DNA of 36,208 nucleotides from Phenylobacterium sp. (GTDB lineage Bacteria > Pseudomonadota > Alphaproteobacteria > Caulobacterales > Caulobacteraceae): NCBI GenBank assembly GCA_035627295.1, contig DASPLZ010000332.1, positions 1 to 36,208 of the forward strand, written 5' to 3'. The notes beneath the pieces were generated by a model. That model saw only the letters and a program-made list of their open reading frames with translations. It was not told the DNA's origin and ran no database searches. This document shows positions 16,284 through 25,700 of this stretch, one piece after another. A program made the position numbers and the translations under genes. Position 1 is the first letter of the stretch. Each line of letters opens with the position of its first letter.

Positions 16284-17011
16284 CGCCGCCGCCAGTGGCG
16301 GTAGTTGAAGGCGGGCTCAAAGCCGAGCGAGCGGTAGAGGGCGATAGCGGAGTGGTTCTCCGCTTCCACCTGCAGGTAGGCGCGCCTCGCGCCGGCTCCG
16401 GCGGCGAAGGCGTGCAGCGCCCCCACCACTCGCCGCGCCAGGCCCTGTCGGCGGGCGGCCTCCAGCGTGCGCATCGCCGAGAGGCCCGCCCAGTCGCCTT
16501 CGACGGCGCAGACCCCGACCGCCGCCGGGCGGCCCTCCGCCTCCAGCCGGGCGAACGCCACGGGCGAGGGGATGCGCGACAGCACCTCCAGCCGCTCCTG
16601 CGCATCGCCATCCCCCCGGTGATGCACGCCGAACAGCACCTGGCGGAAGCCTTCGTCAGCGGCCCCTGACAGCGACACGCCGTCGTCCGGCCGCGGCGAC
16701 AGCGGGCCCAGCATCGTCACCGTCTCCATCTCCGGCGCATACTCGCGCGCCGCCAGGAGATCGGCCAGGTCGACCGGTGCGGTCGCCCCGTCGGACGTGC
16801 GAAACATAGGGGTCAGGCCGCGCGCGGCGTACCAGGCTTCGACGGCCGCGATCGCCTCGTCCACCGGACGGTCGGGCGGCTCAAGCGCCCAGCAGCTGTT
16901 GGCCCGCCCCGTATGGCCGCTGGCCGCCCGCAGCAGCCAGCCGCCATGGCGCGCCTCCTCCGCCGCCGGCCAGGCCCGCGCAGCGATCCGCTCCAGCGCC
17001 ACGATGTCCAT
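16280..17011 (-). CDS. GNAT family N-acetyltransferase
   Basis: AWPA...GWLLRA...RANS N-terminus, acetyl-CoA motif RRQGLAR and YLQVEAENHSAIALYRSLGF. Confidence 0.9.
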   Translation of the reverse strand: MDIVALERIAARAWPAAEEARHGGWLLRAASGHTGRANSCWALEPPDRPVDEAIAAVEAWYAARGLTPMFRTSDGATAPVDLADLLAAREYAPEMETVTMLGPLSPRPDDGVSLSGAADEGFRQVLFGVHHRGDGDAQERLEVLSRIPSPVAFARLEAEGRPAAVGVCAVEGDWAGLSAMRTLEAARRQGLARRVVGALHAFAAGAGARRAYLQVEAENHSAIALYRSLGFEPAFNYRHWRRR

Positions 17012-17023
17012 GCGCCCGCCCCC

Positions 17024-17062
17024 AAAATGAAACGGGCGCCGAACCCTTCGGCCCGGCGCCCG
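17024..17062 (-). terminator. Rho-independent terminator of the cold-shock gene
   Basis: CGGGCGCCG / CGGCGCCCG stem followed on the minus strand by TTTCATTTT, about 20 nt after the csp stop. Confidence 0.75.
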
Positions 17063-17083
17063 CGAAATCCCCTCCGAACCCGA

Positions 17084-17287
17084 TCAGGCGGGCTTCAGAT
17101 CGACTGCGGCGATCTTGCCGCGTTCCTCGCGGGCCTCGTAGCTGACCTTCTGGCCTTCATCGAGCCCGCGCATCCCGGCCGCCTGGACCGCCGAGATATG
17201 GACGAAGATGTCCTTGCCGCCCCCGTCCGGCTGGATGAAGCCGAATCCCTTGGTGGTGTTGAACCATTTGACCGTGCCTGTGGCCAT
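17084..17287 (-). CDS. cspA: Cold-shock protein (CspA family)
   Basis: [13 protein letters not shown]1 KGFGFI and RNP2 IFVHIS. Paralog identity is not certain. Confidence 0.93.
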   Translation of the reverse strand: MATGTVKWFNTTKGFGFIQPDGGGKDIFVHISAVQAAGMRGLDEGQKVSYEAREERGKIAAVDLKPA

Positions 17288-17494
17288 GTCGCGCCGTCTC
17301 CTGACATGTCTTCCTTAAGCGCCGGGCGGTGAGGCCCGTCCGCAACAATCACAAAATCTCAGAGGAACGCACGTTCGGCTCGGGGCAGCCGCGCCAGGGC
17401 GGCGGCGCTTCGCGGATCAGGCAGGCCCTTCGAGCTTGAAGATTGCGGGCGAAAGGTGCGCACGCTGGGGCCGCAGGGTCAACTTAAACCGCGC

Positions 17495-18109
17495 TCACGA
17501 TCCGGCCAGCACCTGGTCGATCACCGCCCTCGCGTCCTTGGTCGACCAGTCTGCATCGCCCGAGACGCGGGCCTTCTCCACCCCATCCTTGCCGAAGATC
17601 ACCGTCGTCGGCATGCCGGGCGCGGGCGGGCGCAGCTCGAACGGCAGGCTCATCTTGGGGTCCTGGTAGAACTTCAGGTGCTGCTGCTTGGCGATGAAGG
17701 CCTTGGCCTTGTCGGTCGCCTCCGGCTTGTCGATGGAGACCGCCACCACCTCGACCGGCTGGCCCGCATAGCTCTCGGCGAGCCTGGCCAGCGTCGGCAT
17801 CTCCACCACGCAGGGCGCGCACCAGGTGGCCCAGAGGTTCAGCACCACCACCTTGCCCTTGAAGTCGGCGAGCCGCACCGGCTGGCCGTCCGGCCCGAGG
17901 AAGCTGGTGGCCGGCGCCGGCCCGGCCTCGGTCAGCACCGCCAGCTTGGCCATGTCGCCCCTGGCGAGAGATTTCAGGTCGCCGCCGGCGGAAGGTTTGG
18001 AACAGGCTTGAGCAATGACGTATATGGCCGCGCCCAGGCCGATCACCGCGAGCACCTGAAGTGCGCGTTTGGTGAAGGTCGCGGATCTGGCTTCGGATAG
18101 TTCGCTCAT
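17495..18109 (-). CDS. tlpA: TlpA-family thiol:disulfide oxidoreductase
   Basis: N-terminal TM anchor, [19 protein letters not shown] (CxxC) and GMPTT cis-Pro loop. Start at MSELSEAR (CAT 18107-18109). Confidence 0.88.
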   Translation of the reverse strand: MSELSEARSATFTKRALQVLAVIGLGAAIYVIAQACSKPSAGGDLKSLARGDMAKLAVLTEAGPAPATSFLGPDGQPVRLADFKGKVVVLNLWATWCAPCVVEMPTLARLAESYAGQPVEVVAVSIDKPEATDKAKAFIAKQQHLKFYQDPKMSLPFELRPPAPGMPTTVIFGKDGVEKARVSGDADWSTKDARAVIDQVLAGS

Positions 18110-19525
18110 ATGACCGCTCCTCCCAACGACCCGACCACGGCCGCCGGCGGACAGGCCATGTGGGGCGGACGCTTCACCGTCAAGCCCGGCGAGGTGATGC
18201 AGGCGATCAACGTCTCCATCGGCTTCGACAAGCGGCTGGCGGCGGAGGACCTCGCCGGGTCGAAGGCGCACGCGGCGATGCTGAAGGCCGTGGGGGTGAT
18301 CTCGGCCGACGACGAGGCGGCGATCCAGCGGGGCCTCGCCCAGATCGAGCAGGAGATCGCCGAAGGGACTTTCCCCTTCCGCGAGGAATACGAAGACATC
18401 CACATGAACGTGGAGGCCCGGCTCGCCGAACTGATCGGCCCGACCGCCGGGCGCCTGCACACCGCCCGCTCGCGCAACGACCAGGTGGCCGTCGATTTCC
18501 GCCAGTGGGTGCGCGACGCCTGCGCCCGCACGGCCGGCCAGCTGCAGAGCCTGCAACGCGCCCTGCTCATGAAGGCCGAGGCGCACGCCGACACCCTGAT
18601 GCCCGGCTTCACTCACCTGCAGCCGGCCCAGCCCGTCACCTTCGGCCACCACCTGATGGCCTATGTCGAGATGTTCGGCCGCGACGCCTCCCGCTTCGCC
18701 GACGCCCGGGCGCGGATGAACGAGAGCCCGCTGGGCGCCGCCGCGCTCGCCGGCTCGCCCTTCCCCATCGACCGCCACGCCACGGCCAAGGCGCTCGGCT
18801 TCGACCGCCCGACCGCCAATTCGCTGGACAGCGTCTCGGCCCGCGACTTCGCCCTGGAGGCCTTGGCCGCCGCCGCCATCTGCGCCACGCACCTCTCGCG
18901 CCTGGCCGAAGAGATCGTGGTCTGGATGACCCCGCAGTTCGGCTTCATCCGCCTGACCGACGCCTTCACCACCGGCTCGTCGATCATGCCGCAGAAGAAG
19001 AACCCCGACGCCGCCGAGCTGGTGCGCGCCAAGGCCGGGCGCCTGCTGGGCGCCTTCACCCAGCTGGCCGTGGTGATGAAGGGCCTGCCGCTCGCCTATT
19101 CGAAGGACATGCAGGAGGACAAGGTCCCCACCTTCGAGGCCTTCGACGCCCTCGACCTCTCGCTCGCCGCCATGACCGGCATGGTCGCCGACCTAGAGCC
19201 CAACACCGAGCGCATGGCCGAAGCGGCGGGCGCCGGCTTCTCCACCGCCACGGACCTGGCCGACTGGCTGGTGCGGCGGCTCGACTTCCCCTTCCGCCAA
19301 GCCCACCACATCACCGGCGCGGCCGTAAAGCAGGCCGAGAGCCTGGGCGTCGACCTGGCCGGGCTGTCGATCGATCAGCTGCAGGCCATTGAACCGCGCA
19401 TCACGGCTGATGTTTATGACGTGCTGACCCCCGCCGCCTCGGCGGCCAGCCGGACGAGTTATGGCGGCACGGCGCCGTCGCAGGTTCGCGCCCAGATCGC
19501 GCGGTGGAAGGAACAACTGGCATGA
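18110..19525 (+). CDS. argH: Argininosuccinate lyase
   Basis: [29 protein letters not shown] and signature [12 protein letters not shown]. Confidence 0.97.
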   Translation: MTAPPNDPTTAAGGQAMWGGRFTVKPGEVMQAINVSIGFDKRLAAEDLAGSKAHAAMLKAVGVISADDEAAIQRGLAQIEQEIAEGTFPFREEYEDIHMNVEARLAELIGPTAGRLHTARSRNDQVAVDFRQWVRDACARTAGQLQSLQRALLMKAEAHADTLMPGFTHLQPAQPVTFGHHLMAYVEMFGRDASRFADARARMNESPLGAAALAGSPFPIDRHATAKALGFDRPTANSLDSVSARDFALEALAAAAICATHLSRLAEEIVVWMTPQFGFIRLTDAFTTGSSIMPQKKNPDAAELVRAKAGRLLGAFTQLAVVMKGLPLAYSKDMQEDKVPTFEAFDALDLSLAAMTGMVADLEPNTERMAEAAGAGFSTATDLADWLVRRLDFPFRQAHHITGAAVKQAESLGVDLAGLSIDQLQAIEPRITADVYDVLTPAASAASRTSYGGTAPSQVRAQIARWKEQLA

Positions 19526-19821
19526 ACGCCCGCCCCCTCATCCTCGGCCTCGCCCTGGCCGGCCTGCTCGCCGGCTGCGGCAAGATGGGCGACCTGGAGC
19601 GGCCCAGCCCGATGTTCCGCAAGGAAAGCTCCACCGACGGCGCCGACTCAGCCCAGCGCCGCGCCAGCGACCAGGACATCGGCCCCGACACCCAGGACCC
19701 GCGCGACCGCTACTCCGATCCGGCCCCGGCGCGCACCCTGCCGATCGAGGGCTCCGATCGCGGCCCCGGCGGCGTCGCCCCGGCCGGCGCCCTGCCCGAT
19801 CCCTACGCCCGCCCGCGATGA
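19522..19821 (+). CDS. Small lipoprotein (LptM/YifL-like N-terminus)
   Basis: ATGA overlaps with both argH and lysA. Lipobox LLAGC followed by GKMGDLERP, similar to the YifL CGxKGPLxxP motif. Confidence 0.8.
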   Translation: MNARPLILGLALAGLLAGCGKMGDLERPSPMFRKESSTDGADSAQRRASDQDIGPDTQDPRDRYSDPAPARTLPIEGSDRGPGGVAPAGALPDPYARPR

Positions 19822-21092
19822 ACCACTTCGAGCTCCGCGGGGGCGAGCTCTGGTGCGAGGACGTCAGGCTTAGCGAGATCGCGGGCCAGGTCGGCACGCC
19901 GGCTTACGTCTATTCCACCGCCACCCTCGAGCGGCACTACACCGTCCTTCGCGACGCCCTGGCGGGCGCCGGCCTCGGCACGCCGCTGATCGCCTATGCG
20001 GTGAAGGCCAACTCCAACGTCTCGGTGCTGGCCACCCTCGCCCGCCTCGGCTGCGGGGCGGACACCGTCTCCGAGGGCGAGATCCGCCGCGCCCTGGCCG
20101 CCGGCGTGCCGCCCGAGCGCATCGTCTTCTCCGGCGTCGGTAAGACCCGCGCCGAGCTGGCCTTCGCGATCACCACCGGCGTCGCCGAGATCAATGTCGA
20201 GTCCGAGCCCGAACTGAACCTCCTGATCGAGGTCGCCGCCGAACTCGGCGCCCGGCCGGCCATCGCCATCCGCGTGAACCCCGACGTCGCCGCCGGCGGC
20301 CACGCCAAGATCTCCACCGGCAAGGCGGAGAACAAGTTCGGCGTCTCTTTCGCCGAAGCCGCCCGGCTCTATGCGAAGGCCAGCAACAACGCCCACGTCC
20401 GCCCAGTCGCTGTCGCCTGCCACATCGGCAGCCAGATCACCGACCTAGCCCCCTTTGAGGCCGCCTTCGGCAAGATGCGCGGCCTCGTCGAGCAGCTGCG
20501 CGCCGAGGGCCTGACCGTCGAGCGCCTCGATCTCGGCGGCGGCCTCGGCGCGCCCTACTTCGACGCCCCCGAGCCCCCCGCCCCGGCCGCCTTCGCGGCC
20601 ATGGTCGCCAAGGTGATGGCCGGCCTCGACATCGAGTTCGCCTTCGAGCCCGGCCGGATGATCGCCGCCAACGCCGGCGTCCTCCTCGCGCGCGTGCTGC
20701 ACATCCACGAACGCCCCGAGGGCCGCCGCTTCCTGGTGCTCGACGCCGGCATGAACGACCTGATCCGCCCGGCGATGTACGAGAGCTACCACGACATCCG
20801 GCCTGTCCGGCCGCGCGAGGGCGCCGCGCTTGCCTACGACGTGGTCGGCCCGATCTGCGAGACCGGCGACACCTTCACCCGCGAGCGCCCGCTGCCGCCG
20901 CTGGAGGGCGGCGACCTGGTGGCCTTCATGACCGCGGGCGCCTACGGCGCGGTGATGTCGAGCGAGTACAACAGCCGGCCGCTCGTGCCGGAGGTGCTGG
21001 TGAAGGGCGGCGAGTTCGCAGTGGTGCGCCGCCGGCCGAGCTATGAGGAGATGCTGGCGAGCGAAGCCCGCGCCCCCTGGCTAGCCGGCTAG
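19818..21092 (+). CDS. lysA: Diaminopimelate decarboxylase
   Basis: YAVKANSN (PLP lysine), HIGSQI, DLGGG, EPGR, GPICETGD and GAYG. Start at MNHFEL (19818). Confidence 0.97.
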   Translation: MNHFELRGGELWCEDVRLSEIAGQVGTPAYVYSTATLERHYTVLRDALAGAGLGTPLIAYAVKANSNVSVLATLARLGCGADTVSEGEIRRALAAGVPPERIVFSGVGKTRAELAFAITTGVAEINVESEPELNLLIEVAAELGARPAIAIRVNPDVAAGGHAKISTGKAENKFGVSFAEAARLYAKASNNAHVRPVAVACHIGSQITDLAPFEAAFGKMRGLVEQLRAEGLTVERLDLGGGLGAPYFDAPEPPAPAAFAAMVAKVMAGLDIEFAFEPGRMIAANAGVLLARVLHIHERPEGRRFLVLDAGMNDLIRPAMYESYHDIRPVRPREGAALAYDVVGPICETGDTFTRERPLPPLEGGDLVAFMTAGAYGAVMSSEYNSRPLVPEVLVKGGEFAVVRRRPSYEEMLASEARAPWLAG

Positions 21093-21590
21093 GTCGAACG
21101 CTTCGAGCGGAATCCAGCCCTGGTCACTCAGGCCGAACAGGGTCACCGTCCGCGCCGTCACCGAAATCGGCTTGGCGAGCTTGGAGGCCAGTCCGCGCTC
21201 GATCGCGCGGAACGCGGCCGGGTCGCCGTGGGCGACGGTAAGGTGGGGGACGATTTCCGGGAAAGCCCCACCGAACGACGGATGCCCTGGGAATGCCTGC
21301 TCCAGGTGGCGCACCAGGGCGACGATGGGCTCCGCCGGAGACGGCGCCAGCCACAGGACATTGTCGAACCGCCCGAAGCCCCCGAGGTCGAATGACAGCG
21401 GCGATGTCGCCGCGCAGAGCGCAGCCAGTTTCGCCCTCACCTGGTCATTGAGGGCGCGGGAGTCCATGAAGGGGTAGATCAGAGTTACGTGTGGCGGCAT
21501 CCCCGCGCGGGCGGCGGGATCATGCTTCGCGCGGGTCCGGCCGACGATCGCCTGGGCTTCCGGCACGCACAGGACCAGGCCGGTTTGCAT
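21081..21590 (-). CDS. 2H phosphoesterase (2'-5' RNA ligase-like) family protein
   Basis: Two HxT motifs, PPHVTLIYPF and PHLTVA. Confidence 0.88.
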   Translation of the reverse strand: MQTGLVLCVPEAQAIVGRTRAKHDPAARAGMPPHVTLIYPFMDSRALNDQVRAKLAALCAATSPLSFDLGGFGRFDNVLWLAPSPAEPIVALVRHLEQAFPGHPSFGGAFPEIVPHLTVAHGDPAAFRAIERGLASKLAKPISVTARTVTLFGLSDQGWIPLEAFDLAG

Positions 21591-21596
21591 CGCCCG

Positions 21597-21992
21597 TCAG
21601 TCTCTAGCGTGAAACGGCAATGCGAGGCCCAGGCGGCGGCATTCCTGGTGAATCCTGATCGCGTTGGTGAGAACCTCGCTTCGCGCCCGCTCCTTATCCT
21701 GCGCAAGGTCGATCGATGGCTGAAGGATAACAAGCGGCGAGGAGCCCCCCGAGGATGCGGCTTCTTCCGACACCACGAAGGTGGTTATGCGCACCCGACC
21801 GATCTGGGCCGTCCCACAGGACGACTTCCCGTTGGGGCTGGATTGATACTCGATGACGCGGACAGGCTGGTCGGTGGCGTCGGCAGCCGCCAGCTGCTCG
21901 GCGATATGCGCCTTGTGGGGATTCCTTTCGGCGATCAGGTCCTGGCACGAGGCCAAGAGAAGACCGGTCAAAACCACCGCCTGTAGTTTCAT
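21597..21992 (-). CDS. Hypothetical lipoprotein (131 aa)
   Basis: MKLQAVVLTGLLLASC signal peptide with lipobox and two further Cys. It fills the gap between hpt and the 2H gene. Codon usage is atypical (more A/T). Confidence 0.6.
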   Translation of the reverse strand: MKLQAVVLTGLLLASCQDLIAERNPHKAHIAEQLAAADATDQPVRVIEYQSSPNGKSSCGTAQIGRVRITTFVVSEEAASSGGSSPLVILQPSIDLAQDKERARSEVLTNAIRIHQECRRLGLALPFHARD

Positions 21993-22003
21993 GCCGCGAC
22001 CGA

Positions 22004-22525
22004 TCAGTCCATCGCCCCGATGAACGGCAGCCCGCGCATCGCCCCCGCCGCGTCCATGCCGTAGCCGACCAGGAACCGCCCCGGCGCCTGCCAGGCCACG
22101 AAGTCCGGCTCGATGGCGCGCTTTTCCGGCCAGGGCTTGGAGGCGAAGACGGCGGTCAGGGCCTCGGTGGCGCCGGCGTCCTTCACCAGGCGGGCGGCCT
22201 CGGAGAGCGACAGTCCCGTGTCGCAGACATCGTCGAGGATCAGGGCCCGGCGCCCGACGATGGGCCGCTGCAGGTCGGCGCGCACCTCGCAGCGGCCGGT
22301 GCTGGCCCGTTCGTCGCCGTAGGAGGCCAGCCACAGGCAGTCGAAGCGCAGGTGGCGGCCGATCCTGGCTAGCGCCCGCGTCATGTCGGCCGCGAACCAC
22401 AGGCCGCCGGTGAGCAGGCACACCGCCACGTCGCCGTCGTCGAGCCGCGGGGCGATTTCCTCGGCGAGGGCGGCGACGCGGGCGGCGACTTCGGCCTCGT
22501 CCAGCAGGACGGCGGGCTCAGCCAT
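22004..22525 (-). CDS. hpt: Hypoxanthine phosphoribosyltransferase-like protein
   Basis: LTGGLWFAAD, ASYG, PRPP motif ALILDDVCDTGLSL and FLVGYGMD. Confidence 0.88.
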   Translation of the reverse strand: MAEPAVLLDEAEVAARVAALAEEIAPRLDDGDVAVCLLTGGLWFAADMTRALARIGRHLRFDCLWLASYGDERASTGRCEVRADLQRPIVGRRALILDDVCDTGLSLSEAARLVKDAGATEALTAVFASKPWPEKRAIEPDFVAWQAPGRFLVGYGMDAAGAMRGLPFIGAMD

Positions 22526-23393
22526 GCGGCGCGGCCTCTGGCGCGTGGGGCGCGGGCTCGGCCGGCGCGCCCAGGTCGACGGGCGGCGGGGCTTCCGGCA
22601 GGTCGGCGTCGGCCGCGCCCCGCAAGGGCAACTCCGCCTTGGGCGCGCCGTGCGCCTTGGTCGGGTCCCTGGCCACCACGCCCTCGCCGGCGGCGTCGGG
22701 GGCGAAGGCGATCTCCAGGTCGGCGGCGGTCTTCGGCGGGTCGACCAGGGTGACCATGAAGTGGCGGGTGGCGCCGGCCGGGATCTGCGGGTTGGCGGGC
22801 CGGGCGATCTGCACCAGCACCGGCTTGCCGCCGCTGTTGAGCAGGCTGATGCGCAGCGGCGGGGTGGTGATCGTCTCGCTCTCGATGTTGCGGATGGAGG
22901 CGGACACCATCAGCGCCGCGTGCCCCATCTGCAGGGTCGCTTCGGCGCGGGGGTTCTCCACCACCAGTCCGAGGCTGTTCACCGGCAGCCCGATCGCCGC
23001 ATAGGCGCCGGCGGTGCGCGGCCAGAGCCGCACGATGTCGCCCCGGAACACGATGGCCAGGGCGATCAGCACCGCAAGGCCCGCGGCCATGCCCGCCCAG
23101 ACCACGCCCGTGGCCGCGGCCTCGCGCACCTTGCGGCGGGTCTCGGCCTTGGCCCGGATGACCTTGGGCAGCGCCTCGCCGGGCAGTTCGGAAATCTTCT
23201 CCGGTTCAGCTTTGGCGGCCTCCGCCGGCTCTTTGGCCAGCGCGCCCTCTTCGCCGGACGAGGCGAGCTCCAGCGGCGGACGCGCGGTCCAGCGGGCGCC
23301 GCACGAGGCGCACTTCACCGCCCGGCCGCCAGGGCCGATCTGCGCGTCGTCCACGAAATAGCTGGCGGCGCACTCTGGACAGGTCAGTATCAT
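22518..23393 (-). CDS. zitP: Polar zinc-finger bitopic membrane protein ZitP (MJ0042 zinc ribbon + TM + DUF3426)
   Basis: MILTCPECAASYFV...VKCASCGARW zinc finger, a TM helix and WPRTAGAYAAIGLPVN. Divergent from ftsE as in Caulobacter. Confidence 0.85.
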   Translation of the reverse strand: MILTCPECAASYFVDDAQIGPGGRAVKCASCGARWTARPPLELASSGEEGALAKEPAEAAKAEPEKISELPGEALPKVIRAKAETRRKVREAAATGVVWAGMAAGLAVLIALAIVFRGDIVRLWPRTAGAYAAIGLPVNSLGLVVENPRAEATLQMGHAALMVSASIRNIESETITTPPLRISLLNSGGKPVLVQIARPANPQIPAGATRHFMVTLVDPPKTAADLEIAFAPDAAGEGVVARDPTKAHGAPKAELPLRGAADADLPEAPPPVDLGAPAEPAPHAPEAAPHG

Positions 23394-23452
23394 CGCGGGC
23401 GAATCGGACGCTCCAGCAACCCCCGGCTCCGAGGTCGCCGATTTCCTTCGAC

Positions 23453-24187
23453 ATGTCCAGAAACGCTGAGACGCCAAGCGCTTCCGAGACCCCAGAAGAG
23501 CCGGTCCTGCGCTTCGACGAAGTGTCCATGCGCTACGGCCGCCAGCCGGAGGTGCTGACCGGCGTCAGCTTCGCCCTGCGGCCGGGCTCGTTCCACTTCA
23601 TCACCGGCGCCTCGGGGGCGGGCAAGAGTTCGCTCCTCAAGCTCATCTACCTGGCCGCCCGGCCCTCCAGCGGCCTCATCCACCTTTTCGGCCAGGACCT
23701 GTCGCGCGCCCCCGCCGGGCTGCTGCCCCTGCTGCGCCGCCGGATCGGCGTGGTGTTCCAGGACTTCCGCCTGCTCGACCACCTCACGGCCTTCGACAAC
23801 GTCGCCGTGCCGCTGCGCATCACCGGCCAGAAGCCGTCGAGCTACCGGGCCGACGTCGCCGAGCTGCTCGGCTGGGTGGGCCTGAAGGGCAAGATGCAGG
23901 CGCTGCCGCCCACGCTGGCCGGCGGCGAGAAGCAGCGGCTGGCCATAGCCCGCGCGGTGGTCGCGCGCCCCGACCTGCTGCTGGCCGACGAGCCCACCGG
24001 TAATGTCGACCATCAGATGGCCCTGCGCATCTACCGCCTGTTCGTGGAGCTGAACCGCCTGGGCACGACGGTGGTCATCGCCACCCACGACCAGGACCTC
24101 GTCGCTCGCTCCGGCCAGCCGGTGATGCATCTGGAGGGCGGCCGCCTTTCCCTGCCCGCCGCGCCGGCTCCGCGAGGCCGGCTGTGA
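23453..24187 (+). CDS. ftsE: Cell division ABC ATPase FtsE
   Basis: [35 protein letters not shown] and IATHD. Confidence 0.95.
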   Translation: MSRNAETPSASETPEEPVLRFDEVSMRYGRQPEVLTGVSFALRPGSFHFITGASGAGKSSLLKLIYLAARPSSGLIHLFGQDLSRAPAGLLPLLRRRIGVVFQDFRLLDHLTAFDNVAVPLRITGQKPSSYRADVAELLGWVGLKGKMQALPPTLAGGEKQRLAIARAVVARPDLLLADEPTGNVDHQMALRIYRLFVELNRLGTTVVIATHDQDLVARSGQPVMHLEGGRLSLPAAPAPRGRL

Positions 24188-25074
24188 CGCCGTTCGACCC
24201 GATGCGCTGGCGCCCGGCGCCGTTCCTGCCGCGCAACGACGTGCGGGACGGGGCGCTGATGTTCGTGATCGCGGTGCTCTCCTTCCTCGCCTGTCTCACC
24301 GCCCTGGGCGCCGTGGCGTCCGATCGCGCCGCCCGCGGCTGGACCGCCCAGCTGGCCGGCTCGGCGACGGTGGTGGTCCACCCGAGGCCCGGCGAGACCC
24401 CCGACAGCGCCGCCGCGCGGGCGGCCGAAACCCTCTCCAGCGTCGAGGGGGTGGCCGAGGCGGTCGCCCTGGAGAAGGAGAAGGCCGAGGCGCTGATCGC
24501 CCCCTGGCTGGACGATCCGGAGGTGCTCGCCGACCTGCCGGTGCCGCGCCTGGTCACCGTCGAGCTCGACCGACGCGCCCCGGCCAGCACCGAGGCCATG
24601 ACCGCCGCCCTAAAGGCGCGGGGCCAGGATGCGACGGTCGACGACCACTCCACCTGGATGAAGGAGATCAAAAGCGCCGCCGGCCTGACGCGGTGGGCGG
24701 CCTTCGGGGTCTTCCTGCTGATCGCCATGGCGACCGCCGCGGCCATCGCCTTCGCCACCCGCGCGGGACTTGCGGCGCGGCGGGACATCGTCGAGGTGCT
24801 GCACCTCTCCGGCGCGACCGACGGCTTCATCGCCCGCCTGTTCCAGGTGCGATTCGCCCGCATGGCGGCGCTCGGCGGCCTCGCCGGCGCAGCCGGCGCG
24901 GCGGCGTTCGGCGCGGCGCTTCGCCTCATCGGCGGGGGGGAGGGCCTGACCCCGGTGCTGCCGGTGGCGTGGTGGGATTTGAGCCTGACGCTCGCTTGCC
25001 CTATCGCTGCGGCCGGGGTGGCTGCGCTGGCCGCGAGGCAGACGGCCGTAGCGTTGATCGGGGAGCTGACATGA
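24184..25074 (+). CDS. ftsX: Cell division permease FtsX
   Basis: GTGA overlap with ftsE, 4 TMs, PVPRLVTV and IVEVLHLSGATDGFIARLF. Confidence 0.9.
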   Translation: MTPFDPMRWRPAPFLPRNDVRDGALMFVIAVLSFLACLTALGAVASDRAARGWTAQLAGSATVVVHPRPGETPDSAAARAAETLSSVEGVAEAVALEKEKAEALIAPWLDDPEVLADLPVPRLVTVELDRRAPASTEAMTAALKARGQDATVDDHSTWMKEIKSAAGLTRWAAFGVFLLIAMATAAAIAFATRAGLAARRDIVEVLHLSGATDGFIARLFQVRFARMAALGGLAGAAGAAAFGAALRLIGGGEGLTPVLPVAWWDLSLTLACPIAAAGVAALAARQTAVALIGELT

Positions 25075-25700
25075 AGAGCCTGGCCGGCCTTCTGGTCGTG
25101 CTGATGATCTGGGCGGTGGGGTTGATGGCCTTCGCCGCGCGGATCGATCGCTCGACCCCGGCCCCGGACCCGGCGCCCGCCGACGGCATCGTCGCGCTGA
25201 CGGGAGCGGCGTCCAACCAGCGGATCGCCGCGGCCACACGCCTGCTGGAAACCGAAAAGGGCAAGCGAATGCTGGTCTCGGGCGTCAACCGGGAGGCCAC
25301 GCGCGAGGACATACGCGGCCTCTCCAGGGCCGCCCGCCGGCTCTACGACTGCTGCGTGGACTTGGGCTTCACGGCCGCCACCACCCTCGGCAACGCCGAA
25401 GAGACCGCCGAGTGGGCCAGGGCCAACCGCTACAAGAGCCTGATCATCGTCACCGCCGACTACCACATGCCCCGCGCGCTCCTGGAGCTGCGCGCCGCCA
25501 ATCCCGGCGTCGAGCTGCAGGCCTATCCGGTCGCCACGCCAGTGCTGGATCCGGCGAACTGGTGGAAGAGCGGCGGCGGCGCGCGGTTGATGATCGTGGA
25601 GTACCTGAAATACCTCGCCATCCTCGGCCGCGAGACCCTGCTCAGCCTCGGTCCGAAGGATGACCAACCGGCCGCGAAGGAGGCGGCGCTCGCCAAATGA
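25071..25700 (+). CDS. YdcF/DUF218 family protein
   Basis: ADGIVALTG, ATTLGNA and IIVTADYHMPRA. ATGA overlap with ftsX. Confidence 0.9.
   Translation: MKSLAGLLVVLMIWAVGLMAFAARIDRSTPAPDPAPADGIVALTGAASNQRIAAATRLLETEKGKRMLVSGVNREATREDIRGLSRAARRLYDCCVDLGFTAATTLGNAEETAEWARANRYKSLIIVTADYHMPRALLELRAANPGVELQAYPVATPVLDPANWWKSGGGARLMIVEYLKYLAILGRETLLSLGPKDDQPAAKEAALAK

Noticed and set aside
18110-18892. Long N-terminal extension of TlpA (465-aa ORF)
   Set aside because: Antisense to argH. The TlpA-like sequence begins at 18109.
19461-19817. N-terminal extension of LysA (543-aa ORF)
   Set aside because: Off-frame reading of the lipoprotein gene. LysA starts at the ATGA overlap at 19818.
21489-21986. 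Plus-strand 165-aa ORF in the atypical insert
   Set aside because: No recognisable features and it overlaps the 2H gene antisense. The minus-strand lipobox ORF fits the operon spacing better.
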